Translations under genes and position numbers: made by a program | Shown here: one piece after another, positions 8,582-16,963 of the stretch | Numbering within the stretch: position 1 is the stretch's first letter | Layout: the number at the start of each line of letters is the position of its first letter | Source of the DNA: Waddliaceae bacterium | GTDB lineage: Bacteria > Chlamydiota > Chlamydiia > Chlamydiales > SLFE01 | Direction: 5' to 3' | Length of the DNA: 18,915 nucleotides | Assembly: GCA_963783885.1 (NCBI GenBank) | Contig: CAWAPJ010000038.1 | Coordinates: 1 to 18,915 of the forward strand | The notes under the pieces: generated by a model | Database searches by the model: none | Told to the model about the DNA's origin: nothing | What the model saw: only the letters and a program-made list of their open reading frames with translations

Positions 8582-9016
8582 TTACCCCGCGCATACAACT
8601 TGGGAAACCATGCCGGCAGCCTTGCTGATCATACCTTCGGTGATTTGAAATCTTTTATAGGGTATCGGCACAAAGCTTTGTATATCTTTGAGCGGCAAAA
8701 CCTTTAGATTCTCTTCACCAGCGAATTTGCCCACAAGAACCAGTTCTCCGATTTCATTTTTCCCAACCAGCACAGGCTCAAATAGCTGCTTTGTCAATAT
8801 GACTTTGCTTTTTTCGACTTTTTTCGTGAGGATTTCTAAAGTTGATTGATTTGTAATTGCCCGGCAGATAGGCTGCCCCGGGTCCGTCGGTAAAATCAGT
8901 TCGTGGGGTTGTCCTTCGAAGGCTTTGACATTCAATGGGCCAAGCTGCACATCGACACAAAAAGCAGCCAACGGGATAAGGACTAATATCGCTGAAAATG
9001 GGATTATTTTACTCAT
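8582..9016 (-). CDS. Putative exported protein, WYL-like domain pattern (tandem paralog 2)
   Basis: N-terminal signal peptide MSKIIPFSAILVLIPLAAFC and a perfect RBS. The C-terminal 95 aa are 34/95 identical (no gaps) to the 9028-9441 product. Confidence 0.8.
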   Translation of the reverse strand: MSKIIPFSAILVLIPLAAFCVDVQLGPLNVKAFEGQPHELILPTDPGQPICRAITNQSTLEILTKKVEKSKVILTKQLFEPVLVGKNEIGELVLVGKFAGEENLKVLPLKDIQSFVPIPYKRFQITEGMISKAAGMVSQVVCAG

Positions 9017-9028
9017 AATTCACCTCCT
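9017..9028 (-). promoter_or_regulatory. RBS AGGAGGTGAATT (copy 2), overlapping upstream stop codon
   Basis: Identical 12-mer to 9443-9454. Reads TAAGGAGGTGAATT-ATG, with the TAA being the stop of paralog 1. Confidence 0.8.
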
Positions 9029-9441
9029 TAAGGCCCGCAAATGACTTCGGAGACCATTCCGGCAGCTTGGTCTTTCATTTGCTGAGTGACAACAAAGTTT
9101 TTCGTTTCCAGTACAGCTGCGTTGCGGATAAATCTGATAGGAATTTGGACGAGTTCTTTTTGGCCCTCATATTTTCCTATCAGAATCAAAGCTCCCGAGG
9201 GATCGCGGCCAAGCAAGATGGGGTCGAAACGCTTTTGTTCGAATTTAAGAACATTATTCTCAGCGACTTGGCGGCTGATTTCAATGGTAAACTGATTGTT
9301 GATCGCATAGCATAAATGTTCAGGCGACACTTCTCTTACTCGTGTCGCAGGCGACTGAGGTTGAAATGGCTGAGCATTTAAACTAAATAAACTTAGCTGC
9401 GCGCAAACAAATAAAATAGAGAAGGAAATTAATTTATTCAT
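9028..9441 (-). CDS. Putative exported protein, WYL-like domain pattern (tandem paralog 1)
   Basis: Signal peptide MNKLISFSILFVCAQLSLFSLNA and a perfect RBS. Core sequence LCYAINNQFTIEI...RFDPILLG...GALILIG...IPIRFI...F...GMVSEVIC. Confidence 0.8.
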   Translation of the reverse strand: MNKLISFSILFVCAQLSLFSLNAQPFQPQSPATRVREVSPEHLCYAINNQFTIEISRQVAENNVLKFEQKRFDPILLGRDPSGALILIGKYEGQKELVQIPIRFIRNAAVLETKNFVVTQQMKDQAAGMVSEVICGP

Positions 9442-9442
9442 A

Positions 9443-9454
9443 AATTCACCTCCT
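9443..9454 (-). promoter_or_regulatory. RBS AGGAGGTGAATT (copy 1)
   Basis: AGGAGGTGAATTT-ATG directly before the 9441 start. Confidence 0.8.
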
Positions 9455-9463
9455 GTAAATACT

Positions 9464-9472
9464 ATTCTATCA
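9464..9472 (-). promoter_or_regulatory. Possible extended -10 promoter (TGaTAGAAT) for the paralog pair
   Basis: Minus strand TG-A-TAGAAT lies about 10 nt upstream of the RBS. No convincing -35 element. Confidence 0.3.
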
Positions 9473-9483
9473 AAAAATAGATA

Positions 9484-10653
9484 TTAATATTTAATTGCGG
9501 TTAAATTATTTATAGTTTGTTGAATATCAGTGACTAAGTCATCGAGATTCTCTATGCCGACAGAAAAGCGGACAAGCCCATCGCCAATTCCCATTTTTTT
9601 CCTCTCTTCAGCCGGGATTGACGCGTGGGTCATCAAGGCAGGATGATTGACAAGAGATTCCACCCCGCCTAGGCTTTCGGCTAAAGTAAAAAGCTTAAAG
9701 GAGGATATCAGCTGGTTTGTTTCTTCAAGAGAGAGATCAAATTCGACAGAGACAATTCCGCCGAACCCACTCATCTGCTTTTTCGCGATATCATGGGCTG
9801 GATGAGTGGACAGTCCGGGATAATAGGTTTTTTTGACGAGGGGATGACGATCGAAAAATTCCGCTATTGCAAGAGCGTTTTGATGATGGCGCTCCATTCT
9901 CAAGGCCAGAGTTTTGACGCCCCTGAGAGTCAGCCAGCAGTCAAAAGGACTGGGATTGACGCCAGCAGCCATGCGGGCAAAGTCGAGTTTTTGTTTGATT
10001 TCGGGATCGTTTGTCACTACCGCCCCGCCAATGACATCGGAGTGGCCTCCAATGTATTTTGTTGTGCTGTGCAAGACAATATCGGCCCCGTATTCAAGAG
10101 GGTTTTGAAAGCAGGGAGTAGCAAACGTATTGTCGACAATAGCTGTAATGGCGTAGGATTTTGCGGCCTTAAGTATGAGCTCTAAATCCAAAATTTCCAG
10201 AAGGGGGTTCGTGGGCGATTCCATAAGAAGCCATGCGGGCTTTTTTTCAAGTTCCTTGTTTAACGATTCCAAAGAAGTGAAATGATGGGAGCTAAATTCA
10301 ATACCGAATCGGTTAAACACCCGTGTGAGCAGGCGGTAAGTGCCTCCGTAAACGCTGTTTAGCAAAAGAACCCGGTCCCCTGACTTCAGCAGTCCTAAAA
10401 TCATGGCGGTCAGTCCGCCGAGTCCTGAGGAAAAGACTGTGGCGAATTTTCCTTTTTCCAAAGAAGCGAGAGTTGTTTCCTCCATGACAAAGTTGGGATT
10501 ATTGGCTCGTGTATACTCATAGCCGCTATGAACTCCCGGAGACGTTTGAGCGAAAGTCGAGGTCATATAAATCGGGGGCATGACAGCTCCCGTCTTTACG
10601 TCGGGTTGAAACCCTTCATGAATGGCTTTTGTGGCAAATGAAATCTCGTCCAT
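9484..10653 (-). CDS. Cystathionine gamma-lyase/gamma-synthase family PLP enzyme (MccB/MetB-like)
   Basis: Motifs FATKAIH, GAVMPPIYMTSTF, YEYTRANNP, FSSG, YGGTYR, ESPTNP, VDNTFATP, PLP-lysine motif HSTTKYIGGHSD, LAESLGGVESL and RFSVGIE. Start ATG 10653 (MDEISF) is preferred over the 10677 call. Confidence 0.95.
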   Translation of the reverse strand: MDEISFATKAIHEGFQPDVKTGAVMPPIYMTSTFAQTSPGVHSGYEYTRANNPNFVMEETTLASLEKGKFATVFSSGLGGLTAMILGLLKSGDRVLLLNSVYGGTYRLLTRVFNRFGIEFSSHHFTSLESLNKELEKKPAWLLMESPTNPLLEILDLELILKAAKSYAITAIVDNTFATPCFQNPLEYGADIVLHSTTKYIGGHSDVIGGAVVTNDPEIKQKLDFARMAAGVNPSPFDCWLTLRGVKTLALRMERHHQNALAIAEFFDRHPLVKKTYYPGLSTHPAHDIAKKQMSGFGGIVSVEFDLSLEETNQLISSFKLFTLAESLGGVESLVNHPALMTHASIPAEERKKMGIGDGLVRFSVGIENLDDLVTDIQQTINNLTAIKY

Positions 10654-10702
10654 AATCACCGTTTTGTTTAAATCCAATTTTGACTATAACAAAATCTTAT
10701 AT
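10654..10702. promoter_or_regulatory. 49-bp divergent promoter region with overlapping -10-like hexamers
   Basis: Plus-strand TATAAC (10685-10690) and minus-strand TGtTATAGT (10691-10683) overlap. A 7-bp inverted repeat TTTTGTT/AACAAAA lies at 10662-10668/10688-10694. Confidence 0.4.
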
Positions 10703-11548
10703 ATGAAAAAGAAGATTTTTATTACGGCCGGTATTATTCTGCTCGCTCTTGCAGCGGTTGGCCTTTATTATTTTTTAGAAAGTGAGGAGGAGGGTCAAAC
10801 TCTCGTTCTCTATGGAAATGTCGACGTGCGTCAGGTGGATTTGGGATTCCGAGTTAACGGAAGGGTTGCCGCGATGTTGTTTGAAGAAGGGGATCTTGTC
10901 GAACCAGGGCAGCTGATGGGGGCTCTGGATCCTGAGCCTTATCAGGAGGAGGTCTCTCAAGCGAAAGCCAGAGTCGGGGCGTCAATGGCGGCTCTTCAAA
11001 ATGCCGAATGGGTGCTCAAAAGACGGGAAGAGGTTGTGGGAACCGGAGCGGTGTCGAAGGAAAATTACGACGAGGCGCTTTACACGGCAGAGAGGCTGCG
11101 GGAGGATCTCAAAGAAGCAGTGGCAGCTCTTGAAAGAGCGGAAACCAATCTTCACGATACCGAAGTATTCGCTCCGACGCTTGGAACCATCCTAACGAGA
11201 GTCAGAGAGCCTGGAGCCGTCGTCAACTTCGGAGAGCCGATTTATACTCTGTCCATCACATCGCCGGTTTGGGTGAGAGCTTATGTTACAGAGCCCGAGC
11301 TTGGAAATATCTTCCCCGGGATGGAGGCGGAGGTGTTTACCGATTCGCCAAACCTTCCCGTTTACAAAGGACATATCGGATTTATCTCGCCCGTTGCCGA
11401 GTTTACGCCCAAAACCGTGCAAACCACAACGCTTAGGACCGACCTTGTCTACCGCATCCGCGTCGTTGTCGACAATCCCGACGAGCTGTTAAAACAGGGA
11501 ATGCCCGTCACAGTCAAGATCAATTTAAAGCAGGAGCAAAGTTCTTGA
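10703..11548 (+). CDS. ybhG: HlyD-family periplasmic adaptor (YbhG-like)
   Basis: MKKKIF plus a single TM anchor, then LYGNVDVRQVDLGFRVNGR, a coiled-coil hairpin and GFISPVAEFTPKTVQTTTLRTDLVYR. Start at 10703 avoids overlap with the divergent gene. Confidence 0.92.
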   Translation: MKKKIFITAGIILLALAAVGLYYFLESEEEGQTLVLYGNVDVRQVDLGFRVNGRVAAMLFEEGDLVEPGQLMGALDPEPYQEEVSQAKARVGASMAALQNAEWVLKRREEVVGTGAVSKENYDEALYTAERLREDLKEAVAALERAETNLHDTEVFAPTLGTILTRVREPGAVVNFGEPIYTLSITSPVWVRAYVTEPELGNIFPGMEAEVFTDSPNLPVYKGHIGFISPVAEFTPKTVQTTTLRTDLVYRIRVVVDNPDELLKQGMPVTVKINLKQEQSS

Positions 11549-13269
11549 GCGATGCTATCGTATCTCTGCAGAATCTGGCCAAACAGTTCCCGCGTCAAAA
11601 AACAATGGCCCTTGCGCCAATCACTACCGACATCCCTTCGGGAAAAATCGTCGGCCTTATAGGGCCTGACGGGGCGGGGAAGACGACATTGATCCGTCTT
11701 GTCATTGGTCTTCTCACCCCTACCGAGGGGACTGTCATCGCAATGGGCCATGACGTGTTTGAGGAAACGAATAAAGTCCATCAATTGTTGAGTTACATGC
11801 CCCAGCAATTCGGCCTTTATGACGATCTTACCGTGAAGCAGAATCTCGAGCTGTACGCCCGTCTAAGGGGGTTGCGGAAAAATGAGCAAAAAGACATTTT
11901 CGACAAACTCCTTGATTTTTCAAAACTTGCCCCTTTTCAAGATCGTCTGGCGAGGAATTTATCCGGAGGGATGAAGCAAAAGCTGGGATTGATTTCCGCT
12001 TTGCTGCAGAAGCCTCGCCTTCTTATTCTCGATGAACCCACAGTAGGTGTCGACCCTTTTGCCAGAAGAGAGCTTTGGGATATGATGCGCTCTCTTGTCA
12101 AGGACGGGATTTCAGTACTCTGGAGCACATCCTATCTAGACGAGGCTGAAAAATGCGATGAGGTTTTGCTGTTGAATGCGGGCAGCTTGTTGTTTCAGGG
12201 GCTTCCTGCGACTTTGACCGGGAAAATGGCTGGCAGGGGGTTTCTCATTAAGGGAATTTCCGGCCCCAAAAGGAATGTCTTGTCGCGCTGCCTTCTGAAT
12301 CCTGCGGTTCTTGACAGCGTCGTTGAGGGAAGAGCGGTAAGATTAGTTGTGAAGGAAGGAGAAAAGCGGCCTCCTCTTGAAGACCTTGAAGCGGGGGAGG
12401 GAGCCGTTTATGAGGAGGCAACCCCAAGGTTCGAAGATGCATTCATTGATATACTAGGCGGCGGGCCGAAAGAGGTGTCGCCTCTCACTAAAAGGATGAC
12501 TCACTTTCCCGAAGATAACGAAATCATTATTAAAGCCGACGGTTTGACAAAACGGTTCGGGAAGTTCACGGCGACCGCCGGGGTCAGCTTTTCCGTGCCG
12601 AGGGGGGAAATCTTCGGTCTTCTCGGACCGAACGGCGCGGGAAAATCCACGACATTCCGCATGCTTTGCGGCCTTATCAAGCCGACAGAAGGCGCTGCCT
12701 ATGTCGAAGGGGTCTCTCTGCAGGACGCTCCCAGCAAGGCGCGGTCGAAGATAGGCTATGTCGCGCAAAAATTTTCTCTCTACGGCAATATGACCGTCAG
12801 CCAGAATCTCAATTTTTTTTCCGGCATCTATCCTGTCAAAGAGGAAAACCGCAAAGAAGCCATAGGAGACATGGTTTCTATTTTTTCTTTTGAGCCTTAT
12901 TTGAATACTCCTGCCGGGCAGCTCCCTTTGGGATATAAACAGCGTCTTGCCCTTGCCTGTTCGCTGATGCACCGCCCCGAAGTTCTTTTTCTTGACGAGG
13001 CCACTTCCGGAGTGGACCCGGTGACCAGAAGGGAATTTTGGAATCACATTAACGGTCTCGTCGATAAGGGGACGACCGTGATGATCACCACCCACTATAT
13101 GGACGAGGCCGAATATTGCGATAGGATCGGATTCTTATCCCAAGGCAAACTGGTTGCCATAGGATCGCCGGACGAGCTTAAAGAAAGCGTTCAATCGGAC
13201 GAGCTCTTAAATCCGAGCATCGAGGATGCATTCATTATCTTGTGCGGAGGGGAAGGGAATGCAAAGTAG
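11545..13269 (+). CDS. ybhF: ABC transporter ATP-binding protein with two NBDs (YbhF-like)
   Basis: Walker A motifs GPDGAGKTT and GPNGAGKST, signatures LSGGMKQK and LPLGYKQR, Walker B LILDE and LFLDE. The TTG start overlaps the ybhG stop (TTGA). Confidence 0.95.
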   Translation: MSDAIVSLQNLAKQFPRQKTMALAPITTDIPSGKIVGLIGPDGAGKTTLIRLVIGLLTPTEGTVIAMGHDVFEETNKVHQLLSYMPQQFGLYDDLTVKQNLELYARLRGLRKNEQKDIFDKLLDFSKLAPFQDRLARNLSGGMKQKLGLISALLQKPRLLILDEPTVGVDPFARRELWDMMRSLVKDGISVLWSTSYLDEAEKCDEVLLLNAGSLLFQGLPATLTGKMAGRGFLIKGISGPKRNVLSRCLLNPAVLDSVVEGRAVRLVVKEGEKRPPLEDLEAGEGAVYEEATPRFEDAFIDILGGGPKEVSPLTKRMTHFPEDNEIIIKADGLTKRFGKFTATAGVSFSVPRGEIFGLLGPNGAGKSTTFRMLCGLIKPTEGAAYVEGVSLQDAPSKARSKIGYVAQKFSLYGNMTVSQNLNFFSGIYPVKEENRKEAIGDMVSIFSFEPYLNTPAGQLPLGYKQRLALACSLMHRPEVLFLDEATSGVDPVTRREFWNHINGLVDKGTTVMITTHYMDEAEYCDRIGFLSQGKLVAIGSPDELKESVQSDELLNPSIEDAFIILCGGEGNAK

Positions 13270-14389
13270 TTTAAAGGTTTTGAGAACCTGGGCGCTCATC
13301 AAAAAAGAGTTTTTTCAAATTGTGCGCGATCCAAGCAGCGCTCTTATCGCTATTATCTTGCCTCTTATCCTTTTGTTTATCTATGGCATTGGCATATCTC
13401 TTGATATTACGAATCTTGAAATCGGTATTGCTATGGAAGATTCCTCTCCTTTAGTGCAAAGTTTTGTCGACTCTATCAAGGATTCGAAATATTTTTCGGT
13501 CAAGGTCGAAAGATCCTCCGAACCGTTTTATCGAATGATGGAGGAGGGGGCCATTCGTGGATTTGTCGTCATTCCCTCTTATTTTTCCCGCGATTTTTTA
13601 AATCCTGAAACCCAGGCGCCCATACAGGTCATTGCCGACGGCTCTATTCCGAATACGGCCAGTTTCGTCCAAAATTATGTGAGGCAGGCCTGGCTAAACT
13701 GGGTGCGCCTATTAGATATTAACAAAGCAACTACAAGAAGGCCTAAGATCACAGTTGAATCCAGATTCTGGTATAATGAAGATCTCAACAGCCATTATTT
13801 TCTCGTTCCCGGGTCCATTGCGATAATCATGACTCTAATCGGTACCCTTTTAACGGCGGTTGTTGTGGCGCGGGAGTGGGAAAGGGGAACGATGGAGTCA
13901 TTGCTCTCTACGCCGGTGACAATCAGCGAGCTGATCATCAGCAAAATTGTGCCCAATTTCTGCCTCGGTATGACATCGCTATTTTTTTGCACGTTGATCG
14001 CCGTATTCCTGTACAATGTGCCTTTCAGAGGCAGCGTTTGGGTGCTTGCCCTTGTGTCTGCAGTGTTTCTGATGACAGCCCTTGGAATCGGACTCTTCAT
14101 TTCCACTCTTGCGCGCGATCAGTTTGTCGCCTCTCAAATGTCGATTGTCGTCTCCTATTTGCCGGCATTTATGCTTTCGGGGTTTATTTTCGAAATCTCC
14201 AGCATGCCGATTGTGATTCAATTGATCACTTATATTGTTCCCGCTAAATACTATGTAACATCTTTGCAGACCGTATTCCTTGTGGGAAATGTTTGGAAGC
14301 TGCTCCTCTATGATACTGGTGCGCTTTTGATTTTTTGCTTCATTATCTTTATTCTGACAATTAAAATTTCCAGAAAAAGGCTTGATTGA
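13259..14389 (+). CDS. ybhS: ABC-2 type permease (YbhS-like)
   Basis: Motifs ALIKKEFFQIVRDPSS, IQVIADGS.PNTA, VAREWERGTMESLLSTP and LSGFIFEISSMP. ATG 13259 is preceded by GGAGG. Confidence 0.93.
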   Translation: MQSSLKVLRTWALIKKEFFQIVRDPSSALIAIILPLILLFIYGIGISLDITNLEIGIAMEDSSPLVQSFVDSIKDSKYFSVKVERSSEPFYRMMEEGAIRGFVVIPSYFSRDFLNPETQAPIQVIADGSIPNTASFVQNYVRQAWLNWVRLLDINKATTRRPKITVESRFWYNEDLNSHYFLVPGSIAIIMTLIGTLLTAVVVAREWERGTMESLLSTPVTISELIISKIVPNFCLGMTSLFFCTLIAVFLYNVPFRGSVWVLALVSAVFLMTALGIGLFISTLARDQFVASQMSIVVSYLPAFMLSGFIFEISSMPIVIQLITYIVPAKYYVTSLQTVFLVGNVWKLLLYDTGALLIFCFIIFILTIKISRKRLD

Positions 14390-14391
14390 CA

Positions 14392-15501
14392 ATGATTAAG
14401 CGGCTCAAAGCTCTCATTATCAAGGAGTTTCTCGCGATACTTCAGGACAAAAAAAGCCGAACAGTCCTGATCATTCCGCCTTTGGTGCAGCTGTTTATTT
14501 TTTCGTTTGCCGCCACCCTCGATGTTGAGAATGTCAATATGGGCGTATGGAATAAAGACAATGGCAAGTATTCCTATGAACTTATTCAAAGATTTGTCGG
14601 ATCGCCCACTTTTAAGAACATTTATTTTTATCATAACGAAAAACAGGTAGAAAGGGCCATCGATAATGAAGAGGCTCTCATTGTTGTTCATATAGACGAG
14701 AACTTTTCCCGAGATATTTTGTCGGGAAAAGTTGCCAAGGTTCAGTTTTTGCTCGACGGGAGAAAATCCAATTCCGCGCAGATTGTCGGAGGGTATGCCG
14801 TCAGCATTTTAGAGCAGTTCCAGAAAGATACAAAGGCGGCAATCGGGCTGCCGAAAGCGAGGACAGCATTGATTCCTTGGAATTGGTACAATCCCAATTT
14901 GCTCTACACCTGGTTTACTGTTCCCGGCTTGGTTGGCATTCTGACTATGCTCATCTGCCTTTTGGTCACTGCCATGTCTGTGGCCCGGGAAAGAGAGGTG
15001 GGAACATTCGAGCAGCTTCTTGTTTCGCCCCTCCTTCCTTCGGAAATACTTCTGGGCAAGGCCATTCCCGCGATGGTTATCGGAATTGCTGAAGGGTCTT
15101 TGATATTATTTGCCGCCATTTTTTTCTTCGGCATTCCCTTTACCGGCTCTCTTTTTCTTTTATATTTCAGCATTATTATTTTCGTCTCTTCGATTGTCGG
15201 AATCGGTCTTTTCATTTCTTCTCTTTCAAAAACCCAGCAGCAAGGTCTTTTGGGCGTGATGATTTTTATGGCGCCGGCTGTTGCTCTTTCCGGTTTCGCG
15301 ACTCCGATCGAGAATATGCCCGAGTGGCTGCAGGTGGGCACGCTTGCCAATCCTCTGAGATATTTTCTCGTCATCGTTCGGGGCATCTTTCTCAAGAACC
15401 TTTCCTTCTCTATTGTCTGGAATCAGACCTATCCCATGGCCATTATCGCATTTTTTACCTTGACTGGGGCCGACTGGTTCTTTAGAAAAAAACTAGAATG
15501 A
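14392..15501 (+). CDS. ybhR: ABC-2 type permease (YbhR-like)
   Basis: Motifs LIIKEFLAILQD, LLDGRKSNSAQI, SVAREREVGTFEQLLVSP and LSGFATPIENMPEWLQ. Alternative TTG start at 14386. Confidence 0.93.
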   Translation: MIKRLKALIIKEFLAILQDKKSRTVLIIPPLVQLFIFSFAATLDVENVNMGVWNKDNGKYSYELIQRFVGSPTFKNIYFYHNEKQVERAIDNEEALIVVHIDENFSRDILSGKVAKVQFLLDGRKSNSAQIVGGYAVSILEQFQKDTKAAIGLPKARTALIPWNWYNPNLLYTWFTVPGLVGILTMLICLLVTAMSVAREREVGTFEQLLVSPLLPSEILLGKAIPAMVIGIAEGSLILFAAIFFFGIPFTGSLFLLYFSIIIFVSSIVGIGLFISSLSKTQQQGLLGVMIFMAPAVALSGFATPIENMPEWLQVGTLANPLRYFLVIVRGIFLKNLSFSIVWNQTYPMAIIAFFTLTGADWFFRKKLE

Positions 15502-16940
15502 AGATTGCATTATACTTAGGGATTGTTTTAGCGCTTGCCTCCTGCCGTGTCGGCCCCGATTACAGGCGGCCCGATTGCGACATGCCAGTCGCCTGGACAG
15601 TTTCCGATGAAGCCAAAACAGAAGAGAGTCCCGACGAGTGTTGGTGGGAGTCTTTTGATGATGAGCAACTTGTGCGCTACATTCGGCTTGCCTCGCATTA
15701 TAATAAGGACATTCAAACTGCTCTTGCAAACATTTCTGAGGCCAGGGCCCTAAGGGCTCAGGCAGCTTCCAGGCTTTATCCCGATATCGACGCCGAGCTT
15801 AGATACAACCGCAACTCCTTCAACACATTTTTCGGAGGCGCCGGAGATGTCAATCCCGGAAACATCCAATCGTTTACGACCAACTTCCAGCAGGAAATCT
15901 TTTTCGTTGGACTCGATGCCATCTGGGAAATCGATATCTTCGGGAGGACAAGAAGACAGGTCGAAGCGGCCTGTTATCGGATCGGAAGCTCGATTGAATA
16001 CTATTATGGCGCCCTCATTTCTGTTTTTGCCGAAACAGCGTGGAACTATCTGGATGCTAGAGGCCTTCAGGAAAAGATCTTCGTCAAGGAGCGTGAAATT
16101 GAAGTCATGTGCGAAGCGCTGCAATTAACAGGCGATAAATACCTTGCAGGACTTATCAGCGACATCGAGCTGAAAAACAGAGAGGCCGAGCTCAGCCGTC
16201 TCGAATCGGAGCTGCCCCACTTGTATACCGAGCTTTATGCCGCAATCTACCGTTTATCGGTGTTGACAGGCCATTTCCCCGGGGGGCTTCTTGAGGAAAT
16301 GCAGGAGTCGAAACCGCTGCCGGAATTGCCCCGGGTTGTCAATACCGGACTTCCTTCCGAACTTCTGCAGCGCCGTCCCGATATAAGACAGGCTGAAACC
16401 GAGCTTGCCGCTGCTACTGCCGACATCGGTGTCGCCGTAGGCGACCTTTTTCCCCGTTTTTTTCTTGCCGCCAGTATCGGCGATCAGAAGTTTTCTCTCC
16501 CAACCCAAACATTGGACGGCTTTGTTTGGTCATACACAGCCGATATCCTGACCCCCATATTTCACGGAGGAAGAATCCAGGCCAGCATCCGCGAGAAAAA
16601 GGCAAAAGCCGAGCAGGCCTTCTACACCTACGAAAATACCATTCTGCAGGCTGTTGAGGAGACAGAGGACCGCCTTTTGGGCTACACGCAGGAGCTCGAC
16701 AGGATCCGGTCATTGTCTCAGGCCCTTAAGGACAACACGGAATCGTGGGAGTTGACCCGGCTGCTCTATGACAAGGGGATAACAGACGCCATAACGGCAT
16801 TGGAAAAAGAAAGAGAGACCCTTCAGTCAAGGGAGTCTGTCATAGACAGCAGGATTCAGGCTTTTGAGCAGCTAGTCGGACTCTACAAAGCCTTGGGCGG
16901 GGGCTGGGAGTGCGAGGAAGGCGGACTCTGCGTTCAGTAG
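15498..16940 (+). CDS. Efflux outer-membrane lipoprotein (NodT/OprM/TolC family)
   Basis: Lipobox LASC followed by RVGPDY, plus WWESFDD, WEIDIFG, GLPSELLQRRPDIRQAE and C-terminal LYKALGGGW. ATGA overlap with ybhR. Confidence 0.94.
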   Translation: MKIALYLGIVLALASCRVGPDYRRPDCDMPVAWTVSDEAKTEESPDECWWESFDDEQLVRYIRLASHYNKDIQTALANISEARALRAQAASRLYPDIDAELRYNRNSFNTFFGGAGDVNPGNIQSFTTNFQQEIFFVGLDAIWEIDIFGRTRRQVEAACYRIGSSIEYYYGALISVFAETAWNYLDARGLQEKIFVKEREIEVMCEALQLTGDKYLAGLISDIELKNREAELSRLESELPHLYTELYAAIYRLSVLTGHFPGGLLEEMQESKPLPELPRVVNTGLPSELLQRRPDIRQAETELAAATADIGVAVGDLFPRFFLAASIGDQKFSLPTQTLDGFVWSYTADILTPIFHGGRIQASIREKKAKAEQAFYTYENTILQAVEETEDRLLGYTQELDRIRSLSQALKDNTESWELTRLLYDKGITDAITALEKERETLQSRESVIDSRIQAFEQLVGLYKALGGGWECEEGGLCVQ

Positions 16941-16963
16941 AGTGTTTATATGTAATGATGCTT

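Noticed and set aside
10622..10702. Longer starts for ybhG (10622) and CGL (10677) giving head-to-head overlap
   Set aside because: Family-typical N-termini begin at 10703 (MKKKIF) and 10653 (MDEISF), which removes the overlap.
12454..13095. 213-aa antisense ORF and other shadow ORFs (e.g. 6980-7540, 14904-15395, 17489-17881)
   Set aside because: They lie opposite or inside well-supported genes, have no recognisable motifs, and are expected from codon bias.
11545..13269. Degenerate ABC motifs (LPLGYKQR signature, STSY in place of the H-loop)
   Set aside because: These asymmetries are normal for the YbhF family and do not indicate decay or novelty.
16941..16963. TGTTTA at both flanks of the efflux operon (10665-10670, 16943-16948) as a target-site duplication
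   Set aside because: A 6-bp AT-rich match is expected by chance, and there is no transposase, integrase or terminal inverted repeat.
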